A stretch of 64,000 nucleotides of DNA. Source: a virus. Below, one piece after another: positions 30,490 to 39,820 of the stretch. Location: the IMG/VR virus record IMGVR_UViG_3300032782_000006, positions 13,568 to 77,567 of that record. One strand, given 5' to 3'. A program made the position numbers and the translations under genes. Under the pieces are notes generated by a model. That model had not been told where the DNA came from and ran no database searches. It was given only the letters and a program-made list of their open reading frames with translations. The number at the start of each line of letters is the position of its first letter. Position 1 is the stretch's first letter.

Positions 30490-30587
30490 TATACTATTTG
30501 CTGCTGAATATCAGAGCTTCCACACACACTCTCCCCGATGTTGCCCCCCAACATCGGGATCCACTCCCTTTCTGCAGCATAGTGTAA
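30490..30587 (+). ncRNA. Structured ncRNA candidate D with C-rich unpaired tracts
   Basis: Closing stem TATACTAT..GCTGC/GCAGCATAGTGTA; perfect CCCGATGTTG/CAACATCGGG hairpin. Confidence 0.5.
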
Positions 30588-30740
30588 ACTAGTATCGATT
30601 ATATTTACTTCAAAGACATATTATTTGTTTTGTTCATTTAGTTATTACTCCAATTTATTTTTTTCAGGTGAATTTGCGGGACATTGTTTATTCAATAATT
30701 GTCCGAAAAGTATATATAATTTAAAGACTTATTAGAGAAT

Positions 30741-31214
30741 ATGATATTAACTGAGCGAGGGCGACCAAGTAGATCAGTGTCGTGGGATAGACAAATACCG
30801 ATAAGTCTATTTATAAATCCCAAGACTGATCACATATTTAAGGGGACTACTGACGAAAAGGGGAACTTGAATATTCATACTACTAAATGGTCTTTTCATA
30901 AATGTACTGTGATTGAGGGGGATTACAATCCATATCAAAATCAAATTACTGTGCCTGTAGATTGTACTGTTTGGACAGCGAGAGTTGGGAATAAGAGTAT
31001 GATTTCATCTCTCAAAAAAGGGAATACTAAAATGACAGTAATTGTTCATGAAAACAAAGTGGATTTTTATGAAAAATTCTTTAATAATTCACTGACGAGA
31101 TTGGATGAAATTGTACTGCGTAAAAATCCAGCGGAGGCATGGAAGGCAATTGAAGCAGAGAAAGTGAGGAAGTTTATGAAAGAATTGAGAGAGACGTCTG
31201 AACAAACAAATTAA
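30741..31214 (+). CDS. Hypothetical early protein
   Basis: Directly behind the conserved early promoter at 30702-30730. Confidence 0.65.
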   Translation: MILTERGRPSRSVSWDRQIPISLFINPKTDHIFKGTTDEKGNLNIHTTKWSFHKCTVIEGDYNPYQNQITVPVDCTVWTARVGNKSMISSLKKGNTKMTVIVHENKVDFYEKFFNNSLTRLDEIVLRKNPAEAWKAIEAEKVRKFMKELRETSEQTN

Positions 31215-31324
31215 ATATTTATATAGTTTGCAGATATTCTATATAATTGAGATAGAGACTAAGTAAATATTAGATAGAAGTAGTATACTGAACTGTGAAT
31301 AAAATTAAGTAGGAGTTAACAATT

Positions 31325-31675
31325 GTGAAGAAGATAACGGATCGGTATATAAAAATTCTGAATCGGCAAGAACAAGATTTGTTGAAGTTGATGAAACGGG
31401 AAGATAAGGTGTTGAAGAAGTATAACGGAGATTTTGATTTTATATATGGGTATGAAGTTTATGGAGTGAGCGAAGACGGGAGGTTGATGATACGGCACCC
31501 AGATCAAGGGTATATGTTGATCGAAGAGAAAGTGTGGGTACGGATGATACTGTATGAGTATGCTGCGTATTTTAGAGATGAAGACGAGGCGAGAGAGATG
31601 TTGACGAGGATACCAGTGCTTAATAAATATGTGGATACCGAAATGGCATACCTATTTCCAGGAGAGTATGCATGA
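31325..31675 (+). CDS. Hypothetical early protein (paralogue of 42131..42436)
   Basis: YEVYGVSEDGRLMI...W versus YQVYGFSSDNRLLL...W. Confidence 0.65.
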   Translation: MKKITDRYIKILNRQEQDLLKLMKREDKVLKKYNGDFDFIYGYEVYGVSEDGRLMIRHPDQGYMLIEEKVWVRMILYEYAAYFRDEDEAREMLTRIPVLNKYVDTEMAYLFPGEYA

Positions 31676-31935
31676 AAAATTATATGACGGCTATTTATAG
31701 TGATTCTGAAATGACAAAAGAAGCGTGGTTGGAAAAAAGTGGAGATAAACTTAAACAAAAAGTGATGAGTAAACAAAAACAGTATGGGGCGGATGGAGCG
31801 CAACTTATACTCAAAATGCCGAGACAAGAACTGTTTTACCAGAAGATAAGAGAACCACAACCTGAACCCAACCCAGGAGAGATTGTGGGGCAGGGAACTG
31901 CAAAAGCTCAACTCACCCTAATTAGTGATCCGTAA
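31672..31935 (+). CDS. Hypothetical protein
   Basis: ATGA overlap with the previous gene. Confidence 0.6.
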   Translation: MKNYMTAIYSDSEMTKEAWLEKSGDKLKQKVMSKQKQYGADGAQLILKMPRQELFYQKIREPQPEPNPGEIVGQGTAKAQLTLISDP

Positions 31936-32004
31936 AGTATAAATATTTTTCGGAATGTAATAGTTTGGAAAAAAATCGGAAGATGTTTATATATAGAGAT
32001 CATT

Positions 32005-32176
32005 GGGGAGTAGTGACAGGGAATCCCTGTTGGATTTTGGATGAAAAGATATCTATACCGCCGTTGATGGGTTGTTGGCACAGCCCGTCGAGGGAAAACT
32101 CATCAAAGTATATTTAAGTCGGTCAGAAATTTTGGCAGGTGTAAAAGCCTGTCAAATACTGCTATATCTTTTTTTT
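32005..32176 (+). ncRNA. Structured ncRNA candidate E
   Basis: TATA (TTTATATA, ~31986) upstream; hairpins GACAGGGA/TCCCTGTT, TTGATGGGTTGT/ACAGCCCGTCGA and TTTGGCAGG/CCTGTCAAA; ends in a T tract. Confidence 0.55.
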
Positions 32177-32691
32177 ATAAATAAATGTGTCCGGAAAGTT
32201 TATATATTTTACAGATATTAAAGAAATATCTTGTAGGTAGCCCGCGCCAGGAATTTTCGGAAACGTGATCTTTTGAAAAACCGCGCTGAGAGAAAAAATA
32301 AAAAATCTTTCTTTTTGAGAATCTGCCGCGATCTCTGAAAAAAAGATTTAGCTGCCCGAATCTGCGCGGATTTCAGCGGCTCCGAAATTTATTTCCAGCG
32401 CTGGGCTTTGACGCGGGAAATCTGAGAACCCGGCCGCGAGCGCGCTAGGAGAATCCCCCAAATCTCGAGGATCCAATTCCTAATTCCTATTTTGAAAATG
32501 CTAAATCTTGCCGCAACTTTTATTTTCTACTCGGCTTCTCGATTCCGGAGGCGGGTTCGGCGCGCTCAGAGACAATTCCTTTTTTTTGATTTTAAAAATT
32601 GCGGCAAAATACAGATTTTAAAAAAGTTGCCTTAAGATTCGGAAAAAGAGCAATCGTTGAAAATTAGGAAAAAGATTAGAAAAAAGTTAGA

Positions 32692-32772
32692 TTATCGTCG
32701 GGGATGCCGGCGATGACCACGATGTCCGTGCCGAAATAATCTAAAGATATGCCAGAGATGAAGCAATCCCAT
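32692..32772 (-). CDS. 26-aa His/Arg-rich peptide MGLLHLWHIFRLFRHGHRGHRRHPRR
   Basis: GGAGATGA Shine-Dalgarno 5 nt upstream; below the ORF-track cutoff. Confidence 0.5.
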   Translation of the reverse strand: MGLLHLWHIFRLFRHGHRGHRRHPRR

Positions 32773-32777
32773 TTAGA

Positions 32778-32969
32778 TCATCTCCAGCGGTGATTAGGCC
32801 CGTATGAGGAATGATGCCAGCCCGAGAACGAATGATAACCGGAATGATGATGATAACTCCCGAAATGATGCCCCCAATCTGCGAACATGAAATAATGAGA
32901 GATATCGATATGCATTACCGCGTCAAACACGCTCATCACAGAAAAAAGGAAAGAGTGGGGATCGATCAT
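32778..32969 (-). CDS. His-rich small protein
   Basis: ATGA overlap with 32966..33160; WGHHFGSYHHHSGYHSFSGWHH. Confidence 0.55.
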   Translation of the reverse strand: MIDPHSFLFSVMSVFDAVMHIDISHYFMFADWGHHFGSYHHHSGYHSFSGWHHSSYGPNHRWR

Positions 32970-33160
32970 ACGAAACTCTCCCAGGCGCCGTTTATGCATT
33001 GTCCGACTTGAATTAGTTCGCAGTGCGCGGTATGATTTATCATATCAGGAACGCAAGTCCCGAGCGTGAAAACATTTTTCCCGAAAACGAGAAGCGGGGA
33101 ATTTATACTGCAAGAGAGTATGTCCAACAATTGATTCAAGTTTGCTATGTGTTCTATCAT
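32966..33160 (-). CDS. Hypothetical early protein
   Basis: AGGAGAAC Shine-Dalgarno; promoter at 33226-33254. Confidence 0.55.
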   Translation of the reverse strand: MIEHIANLNQLLDILSCSINSPLLVFGKNVFTLGTCVPDMINHTAHCELIQVGQCINGAWESFV

Positions 33161-33225
33161 TTTATTGTTCTCCTTATTTTCTTTTTGTCAGCGCAGGTTT
33201 CCTTATTCTTCCTGCAATACCTATA

Positions 33226-33254
33226 ATGTCCGTAAAATATATAAACTTTTCGGA
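33226..33254 (-). promoter_or_regulatory. Repeated early promoter TCCGAAAAGTTTATATATTTTRCRGACAT (representative copy)
   Basis: Minus-strand copies at 33226, 34836, 35635, 41829, 43908, 44393 and 44714; plus-strand copies or variants at 30702, 31214, 31929, 32190 and 35707. BRE plus TATA box. Confidence 0.85.
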
Positions 33255-34056
33255 TAAGCGAGCTTGAGGAGACAAAACGTTTGGAGAGAATCTGAAAAAA
33301 GATCTAAAAACAGAAATCTAAAAAAGAGAAGACCGGAGCAGACGGTCTCGCATCCGCCTCTCTCGGTCTTACCCTGCTTGATAGCACATAGAGTGTGTAT
33401 CTACTAATATATCCTTGACCGAGCCGTTACTAGGGTGTGAGAGAATAAAAACCTAGCGACTCGTCTACGCAAATTACCTTTGTCACTGTCGCAGATGTTA
33501 CTAAATGGCGTTTACGGAATGGGTCCGCCCGTTTAAAAAACGATTTCACCGATTCATTTTTTCGTTGCCGCAACTCTGCGTTGCAGATCAGGCACCTAAT
33601 CACAATCCGACCAAAGACGCTAATGCCCATGTATAAGACATAAGCCCCCATCTTATAAAGACCCTAACTCTACAACATCTCAAACCGCGCACCCTTTGGC
33701 ATCTGATTGCGGCGACTCGAACGGAACGCACTAACCGGCTTCCGAGGGCGAGGAGGCGGGCAGGGAGGCCGGAGGCGAGAGAGACAGAGAGGATGCCAAT
33801 GAGACATGCCCTACTGTCCTGCCCTACTATCCTATCCTGTCTATCCTATCTCATATACCCTATGCGCACATAGCAATGAGTCAGGGCATATATCTCCCCT
33901 TTATAGGGCACATCATATTACATCTCAGCCCAGATTCGGATAGGAGATATGATCTGTATAATTTATTTCGCGGCCCGATCAGATGCGGCAACTCAAAGAC
34001 CGGCAATAGGAATCCGATTAACCAACCCTACATATCAGAGGGCATGCAATCTAAAC

Positions 34057-34089
34057 GGATCCCCTATAGGATCCCCTATAGGATCCCCT
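34057..34089. repeat. GGATCCCCTATA tandem repeat (x2.75)
   Basis: Read directly from the sequence. Confidence 0.85.
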
Positions 34090-34280
34090 CATCGCCCTAG
34101 AATGCCCTAACCAATCGAGTTAGAAAATAGTATCTATTAATCGTCTCCCTTTTAGATAAATCACTATTTAAAAAATAATTAGGGGAACAATCTCACTATT
34201 TTTTAGGGTTTAATCGCGGCCAAAAAGTTAAATAGTTGCCAATAATTCCCTAATTTTTTTGTAGTAGTATTCCTCCCTGA

Positions 34281-34323
34281 GAGCTATAGGCTTCTATAGG
34301 AGCCTATAAGAGCCTATAGGAGC
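34281..34323. repeat. 10-bp period CTATA(G/A)G repeat (x4)
   Basis: gagctatagg cttctatagg agcctataag agcctatagg agc. Confidence 0.8.
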
Positions 34324-34563
34324 ATGACACAGCATAGCATGGAGGGACTATGGCAGGGACAGGGACGCGGCATATGGCAGGACAGGGAGACGGGAGACAG
34401 GGCAGCTGAAAGCGCAGGGAGCACACGCGTTGAAAAAGTGGGAAACTCGAGGCGATAAAAAAGCTGGCGATTTGGAAAAGGAGGGATATCAAAAACAGAG
34501 TGGTTAAAAAAGAGTGGGAGTAACCCACTGAGTAAAGCGTCTAATACTGCAAGAACATAACCT

Positions 34564-34809
34564 TTAGCAGCATCTCTCAAATACTGGATCTTCGCATTCC
34601 CAGAGCTGTCCTGGGTAGAGTGGTGGCCTGTATATTCCAGTTTCCGTCACTGTCAAGTCGTATATATCGTTTATACCCTCAAACTCTTCTAACGCACCTG
34701 CGAGTGACCAACAATCTCCATCTTCATCCCTCATCCAGACCGCACTTGCTGGTTTTGGTATTAGGCTATGCAATTTTAACAGCGCTTGTGTAATTGTCAT
34801 TTCAGTCAT
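34564..34809 (-). CDS. Small acidic early protein
   Basis: GAGGAG Shine-Dalgarno; promoter at 34836. Confidence 0.65.
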   Translation of the reverse strand: MTEMTITQALLKLHSLIPKPASAVWMRDEDGDCWSLAGALEEFEGINDIYDLTVTETGIYRPPLYPGQLWECEDPVFERCC

Positions 34810-34905
34810 TTGTCAGTTCTCCTCTAATACATACTATGTCTGTAAAATATATAAACTTTGCGGATAAAGGATGTGAGCGGTTTGGCTCACACAGGGAATA
34901 TCTAT

Positions 34906-35184
34906 CTAATACTGTAAGAACAGGACTAAACCATAGAGCAATAACGCTGTGAGCAATATCGCTGAAACTGAGAGGATAACAAAATCAAGGTTCGTGTCCT
35001 CTAGTTGGTGTGAGGGGGATGGAGAAGGGAGTATATCCCGATGCTGCGCATGATAAGCAGCCATCCCTCGCCAGTCATTGTCGTCTTTCATCTGTTGCCA
35101 AACCGGATCTGTATCATACAGCAGGATCAGCTCCAGTACGAGTATATAATCCATCAGGGCCATACAGAAGCAGGGCCGCGTCAC
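34906..35184 (-). CDS. Small membrane protein
   Basis: C-terminal TM helix. Confidence 0.5.
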   Translation of the reverse strand: MTRPCFCMALMDYILVLELILLYDTDPVWQQMKDDNDWRGMAAYHAQHRDILPSPSPSHQLEDTNLDFVILSVSAILLTALLLYGLVLFLQY

Positions 35185-35286
35185 TTATAGCTATCGTTTC
35201 AAACAGCTTCCACGCCTCCCACTCTTTATGAGCATATAACTGTTCAGCCAGGCTCAGGTTAGTGATCCCAATCATCTACAATCCCT

Positions 35287-35565
35287 CTACTGGAATCTCC
35301 TAATCACAGCCAGAACCTGTTGTTTCACCCAGTGGCTTGAACAAGAGATCATGGGGAGCATGGCAAACCATTTCTTGCTAGTTCCAAGAGCGGGATCTGC
35401 GTTATGGAAATCGCAGTAATGGAACAGTTCGTATCCAGGAGCCATATGTGTAGCTGAGGTGTGGCATCCATCTAGGATCCAAGTCATACCGTGGTCGCTG
35501 AATGCGGTTCCGATTGGGTGTGCTGCGAGCGTTGCAAAATCTGTAATTGTGTTCAAATCGATCAT
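35287..35565 (-). CDS. Hypothetical early protein
   Basis: AGGAGAAC Shine-Dalgarno; promoter at 35635. Confidence 0.65.
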   Translation of the reverse strand: MIDLNTITDFATLAAHPIGTAFSDHGMTWILDGCHTSATHMAPGYELFHYCDFHNADPALGTSKKWFAMLPMISCSSHWVKQQVLAVIRRFQ

Positions 35566-35744
35566 TTTCTGTGTTCTCCTTATTTATCATTTTGTGTCAG
35601 CGCAAGGCATCTGTTTCACCTTGCAATAACTACTATGTCTGCAAAATATATAAACTTTTCGGATAAGCAAGAAAAGAAGAGTGATTTTTCAAATAACCTA
35701 ATAAAACCGATAAATATATAAACTTAGCAGACAATCTACCAAGT

Positions 35745-35878
35745 AGCTTGGGACAAAGCTAGTCCTAGCATCGTCTAGGCGTATCGAATGTTGACTAGAG
35801 GCTTGGTATTGACCTCTAGGAAATCGGATGCATAATATAAGGGAGCTAGGGATTGAAAAATATCAATTTCTAGCTAAA
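35745..35878 (+). ncRNA. Structured ncRNA candidate F
   Basis: Early-type promoter at 35707; stems CTAGAGG/CCTCTAG, GCATC/GATGC and AGCTAGGGATTGA/TCAATTTCTAGCT. Confidence 0.5.
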
Positions 35879-36048
35879 AATCTGAAAAATATAAAAAGAT
35901 TGCGGAACTCTAAAAATGGCCGCGCTTGTATAATAAAGCCTGTAATTTTTCAGTCTAAAAATAGTCAAGATTGGTATTTTTCGAGTAAATGACCTATAAT
36001 CACACCACAAAAGTATCCAAAAATGAATTCAAGCATAAACTCCCTCTT

Positions 36049-37473
36049 TTATTTTGAAAATCCCATCATTCTCCAAATATTTTCTCCAAACGACGATGCT
36101 AGGGAGCTTCCTTCTGTAATAGAAGCATCAAATCCTTCTTGTTTTATCAAATTGAGCTCAGTTATACCCCAAACTAAACTATCTAACCGATCAGGACTCT
36201 TTTCCGCCCCAGGAACCCATTCACATAACTGGTCTTCCAATTCACGGAACGTCCCTACATGATGAACACGACCTTGTTCATAAAGAGACGACACCGGCTC
36301 TGCCCGAATAACTTTTCCTCTAGATGCGTGAACTGCCTTAAACGGAACTGATGCATCCAACATCCTAATCGTATGTTCGACCATATCGCCTCCATTATTG
36401 ACCTCGCCAACTACCAGATTTGCCTGATGAAGATGAAATGCAGAAATCACCGCTTTTCCCCATTGTTGCGGCGTATCATGAATCGTATAATCTCCTAGAA
36501 CATATCCATGATTATTAGCATCTGCCGCGACTACTATAATCCCAGTATCATCAGACCCCTCTTTAGAGGTAGTAGCCGGATCTACACCAACCACAACATA
36601 GGTATATTGTGCAGGCGGTTTGTAGACTCTATTATCGTCAATAATGTCTCGTTTCCAAAGCGCTTCAGGATTATCTGAAAGAAAATCGCCTTCTAGCTCT
36701 TGTCTCCCCAACCTAGTCCCTTTATATTTATTAATAATTGTCGAAATAAAGACAGGTGAAAGGTTGCAATAATTTTCTTGAGTATTGCCGCGAGTCACCA
36801 CGGTACATTTTCTTCCCTTATCGTCCATCCTTTTTTCTAATTCTATAAGAAATTTAGTCGGTCTGGGAGTAGAAGATACTATACAAAGAGGATTTTTGCC
36901 TAATCTGAGACCCATCATTAGATTATCAAACGTCTCCTCTGGCCGCAACCATTTTGCGATTTCGTCACACCATAAAAAATCAGATTGGGGACCTCGCGCC
37001 TTATCCGGTTCGGATCCATAATAAAAATGAGACACTACTTTATTTGGCCAAATCAGCTTTTTTAAAGACGGGATAAACGTTGGATAAAAATCTTTAGGGC
37101 AACACGCTAGGATACCGGATTCCCCATCGATCATTAGATCGCGCACATCTTCGGCGGTAGCTCCGACTAGATTAGGGTATTTATATCCGCCATAACGTAC
37201 AGCCCAAACGAACGTTTCCGCTGAGGTTTTGGTTTTACCCCATCCTCGCCCAGCTCGGATATTCCAGATGAAACAGCCGTCCTTTCCCCATTCGTCTGGT
37301 GGAAGCTGGTTATCTCTAGCCCAGAACAACCAATCTTTTTTAAAAAATTCTAGTTGAGAATCAGGAATAGATTTTAGAAACTGTTCCTGCTCATTTTTCG
37401 GTAGGCTGCGAAGATAATCCGCTGAGTATCGATGATCTAATCTCTTCAGGACTGGTTGCGTCGACGTTGACAT
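36049..37473 (-). CDS. terL: Terminase large subunit
   Basis: Walker A RAGRGWGKT, Walker B LWCDE, STPRP coupling motif, VGVDPA nuclease motif, SPDRLDSLVW. Confidence 0.95.
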   Translation of the reverse strand: MSTSTQPVLKRLDHRYSADYLRSLPKNEQEQFLKSIPDSQLEFFKKDWLFWARDNQLPPDEWGKDGCFIWNIRAGRGWGKTKTSAETFVWAVRYGGYKYPNLVGATAEDVRDLMIDGESGILACCPKDFYPTFIPSLKKLIWPNKVVSHFYYGSEPDKARGPQSDFLWCDEIAKWLRPEETFDNLMMGLRLGKNPLCIVSSTPRPTKFLIELEKRMDDKGRKCTVVTRGNTQENYCNLSPVFISTIINKYKGTRLGRQELEGDFLSDNPEALWKRDIIDDNRVYKPPAQYTYVVVGVDPATTSKEGSDDTGIIVVAADANNHGYVLGDYTIHDTPQQWGKAVISAFHLHQANLVVGEVNNGGDMVEHTIRMLDASVPFKAVHASRGKVIRAEPVSSLYEQGRVHHVGTFRELEDQLCEWVPGAEKSPDRLDSLVWGITELNLIKQEGFDASITEGSSLASSFGENIWRMMGFSK

Positions 37474-37852
37474 TTACATTCTCGTTTTGGTTTTTATTAT
37501 CTGACGTTATATGTTGTCTTTCGCCAAAGTCGTCTGGATATCGACGAGATAACATCCAAGTATCGTAATACGGACTATTATTTTTCAAAACCTTCTCTCG
37601 TATTCTTTGAAGGCATCCGCGAGCGCAATCAGCCTCCGCTTTTTTTATTCGATCATGAAAATCAGTATAAATAGTATCTTCGCCGATATCTTTTTCATGA
37701 GCCCCTTGTTTCATCCATTCGTTAAATGTTTGAAACGCAATTCCTGCAGCCTGACATGCTAGACGATACGGCATTCCTAAATCGATATTTTCAACTAAAA
37801 TCTGAGTTCGTTCTTCGGTTAATTTTAGAGGTCTCCCTCTTCCTCGTGACAT
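37391..37852 (-). CDS. terS: Terminase small subunit
   Basis: GRPLKLT...ACQAAGI..QTFNEWMKQG HTH, W.L.RRYP; overlaps terL. Confidence 0.85.
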   Translation of the reverse strand: MSRGRGRPLKLTEERTQILVENIDLGMPYRLACQAAGIAFQTFNEWMKQGAHEKDIGEDTIYTDFHDRIKKAEADCARGCLQRIREKVLKNNSPYYDTWMLSRRYPDDFGERQHITSDNKNQNENVNVNVDATSPEEIRSSILSGLSSQPTEK

Positions 37853-37917
37853 TTAATGGCACTCCTATATCTATAAAAATATAGAGAGTATTTAAATACC
37901 ACTCTACAAAAATCTTT

Positions 37918-38154
37918 CTATGTATTTCTACGATTATTGAGATAGTTCAACCCTTCTGGGGTCAATTTTACATATGCCACGTTCCCTCTTTTATCAAAAA
38001 TCACCAGATTTTGTTCTGCTAAATTTTCAAGAACTTCTCTTGTCCTATCCTCTGAAATTTTTAACTTACTTGACACTGTTTTTAAAGTGGCTCTCGCCCT
38101 AAAATGAATAGCAGTTAACGTTCTAAACGGAAAATCGTTAGGTTTTGCATTCAT
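37918..38154 (-). CDS. Winged-helix transcription regulator
   Basis: VSSKLKISEDRTREVLENLAEQNLV...LTPEG. Confidence 0.7.
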   Translation of the reverse strand: MNAKPNDFPFRTLTAIHFRARATLKTVSSKLKISEDRTREVLENLAEQNLVIFDKRGNVAYVKLTPEGLNYLNNRRNT

Positions 38155-38989
38155 TAATTTTTGTCTCCGTCTACAAGTAATAGAATATTAGTGAGTAGCG
38201 TAATTTCCCCTCGAATTTGTTCCTCAATTTGAACCGTAATCGGCAATTCCACTAACGGATTAGTTGGATTTAAAACCGCGTTACGGATAGATAGTGCCTC
38301 TAATAAGCTTTTTCGGATATATTGAAGACGATTCTCGGGAGTCAACGAGTTTAAATCCTCGTTTAACAAACTCGTGTCCGCACAATGCATCATACCATTT
38401 CCATTCGGATTGAAATTTTAGAGTCATATCTTCAAGTTTTTCATCTGGTGTTCCATCTGGAAACACCGTCAAAAACCAACTTCGAAAATCTTTTAGATCG
38501 TCGAGAAACGTTTCTGAAAAATTGATATAAAAATCGTGTTTATTTTTTCTCAAAGATTTGTTGGGATGTTTTGCATGATACCGTCGTCTATCAGCTCGAT
38601 ACTCATCGTTTAACTCTAGATGTTTTTCAAGATCGTTGAAAAAATTGGGATCAGGATTGAGTTTATATTCTATCGTGGGATCAAGATACTTTTCAGGAGT
38701 ACCGTACCATTCCGATATTTCGTCAACGGTAGGAGTAAAATCCAGTAATGAGAAACAATACCATTGTATCTCATTCCAACTGATAGTCTGACGAGTCGAG
38801 TTCATGATCCGGCTTCTCATCATGATCACAATCCTTCTCATAAACAAAATCATCTAATTTTAGATGGGAGTAATCAGTAATAATTGGTAAATGTCTCCAA
38901 TATAGAGACATACATGGAGACGTGTGAGAAATAGTTTTTGGAATTACATATTTTGTAACTGGAGGATACGTCATTTTGAAATTAAGCAA
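38154..38989 (-). CDS. Cluster of three overlapping hypothetical ORFs (38154..38393, 38281..38853, 38771..38989)
   Basis: ORF track; starts uncertain. Confidence 0.4.
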
Positions 38990-39136
38990 AGAGTGATGAG
39001 GTTTATGATCATTAATCCGCTTTTTTGCTATAGACGTGCCCTCCTAGAGCCCCTGGTGGGGAGGGATACCTGGGTAGGCCATGCAAAGTATGAGTTCCTT
39101 GTGAAATCTATATATATATCCATTTCATTAGGAAAC

Positions 39137-39601
39137 TCAAATTAGGTTTTCTTGTCGGAACCATTCTGTAATTGTAGCTTCGGCTTTAGCTGTAGTTTCA
39201 AATTCAAAAACGTCTTTTATTTTTTTCCAATCAATACAATGGTTTTTGTATTGAGTTATCAAAGATGATTTATTTTTTTCGAACTTTGTCATCCTAAACT
39301 CGTTTCTACTTTCTTCCTGTTTTTGTGCGAGAGTGATAACTTTGAGTTTGGATTGTTGTAATTCTTTAATATGTAATGCTTGCTTTTTTTCTTCTTCCAA
39401 CCGGATTATATCTAACTGTTTTTCATAGATTAGATGATCGTAAAATTCAGGGACGATTCTTTCGTCTAGTATTTTATTCATTGCTTCAGATAATAATGTT
39501 GAAAGACTAGGAAGGTCATGTGACTTCTCACAAATTTCCCATAAGTCAAGCAGTGATTTCTGGAGTTTTACAGTCTTGGATATACGTTCTATTTCAGACA
39601 C
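39137..39601 (-). CDS. RHH-like DNA-binding protein with coiled coil
   Basis: ISKTVKL...LSTLLSEAM; AGGTGA Shine-Dalgarno before GTG. Confidence 0.55.
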   Translation of the reverse strand: MSEIERISKTVKLQKSLLDLWEICEKSHDLPSLSTLLSEAMNKILDERIVPEFYDHLIYEKQLDIIRLEEEKKQALHIKELQQSKLKVITLAQKQEESRNEFRMTKFEKNKSSLITQYKNHCIDWKKIKDVFEFETTAKAEATITEWFRQENLI

Positions 39602-39629
39602 TCTTTCTCACCTGAAAGATTCATTTTAT

Positions 39630-39766
39630 TTGGACGAGGACGACGTCTTCGTCCAAGTCCTCAGACGTAAAATAGTGTACACTATTACTACGCCGTCACT
39701 GCGTCGGTGGACGACGTTTTTGGATTGACCCTTTTTAGGGTTGGACGAAAAGTTCGTCCACGTCCA
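39630..39766. repeat. Array of GGACGA/TCGTCC sites around a 16-bp palindrome
   Basis: TTGGACGA..TCGTCCAA at 39630-56; AATAGTGTACACTATT at 39671-86; TGGACGAAAAGTTCGTCCA at 39742-60. Confidence 0.75.
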
Positions 39767-39820
39767 TTTTTTTTGCGGATGTTTAGTTATGATTCGATCA
39801 AGAGCAATTAAAAAAACGAA

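Noticed and set aside
33876-34580. ORFs 33876..34100, 34304..34528 and 34314..34580
   Set aside because: They translate DNA repeats of the symmetric non-coding locus; no plausible protein features.
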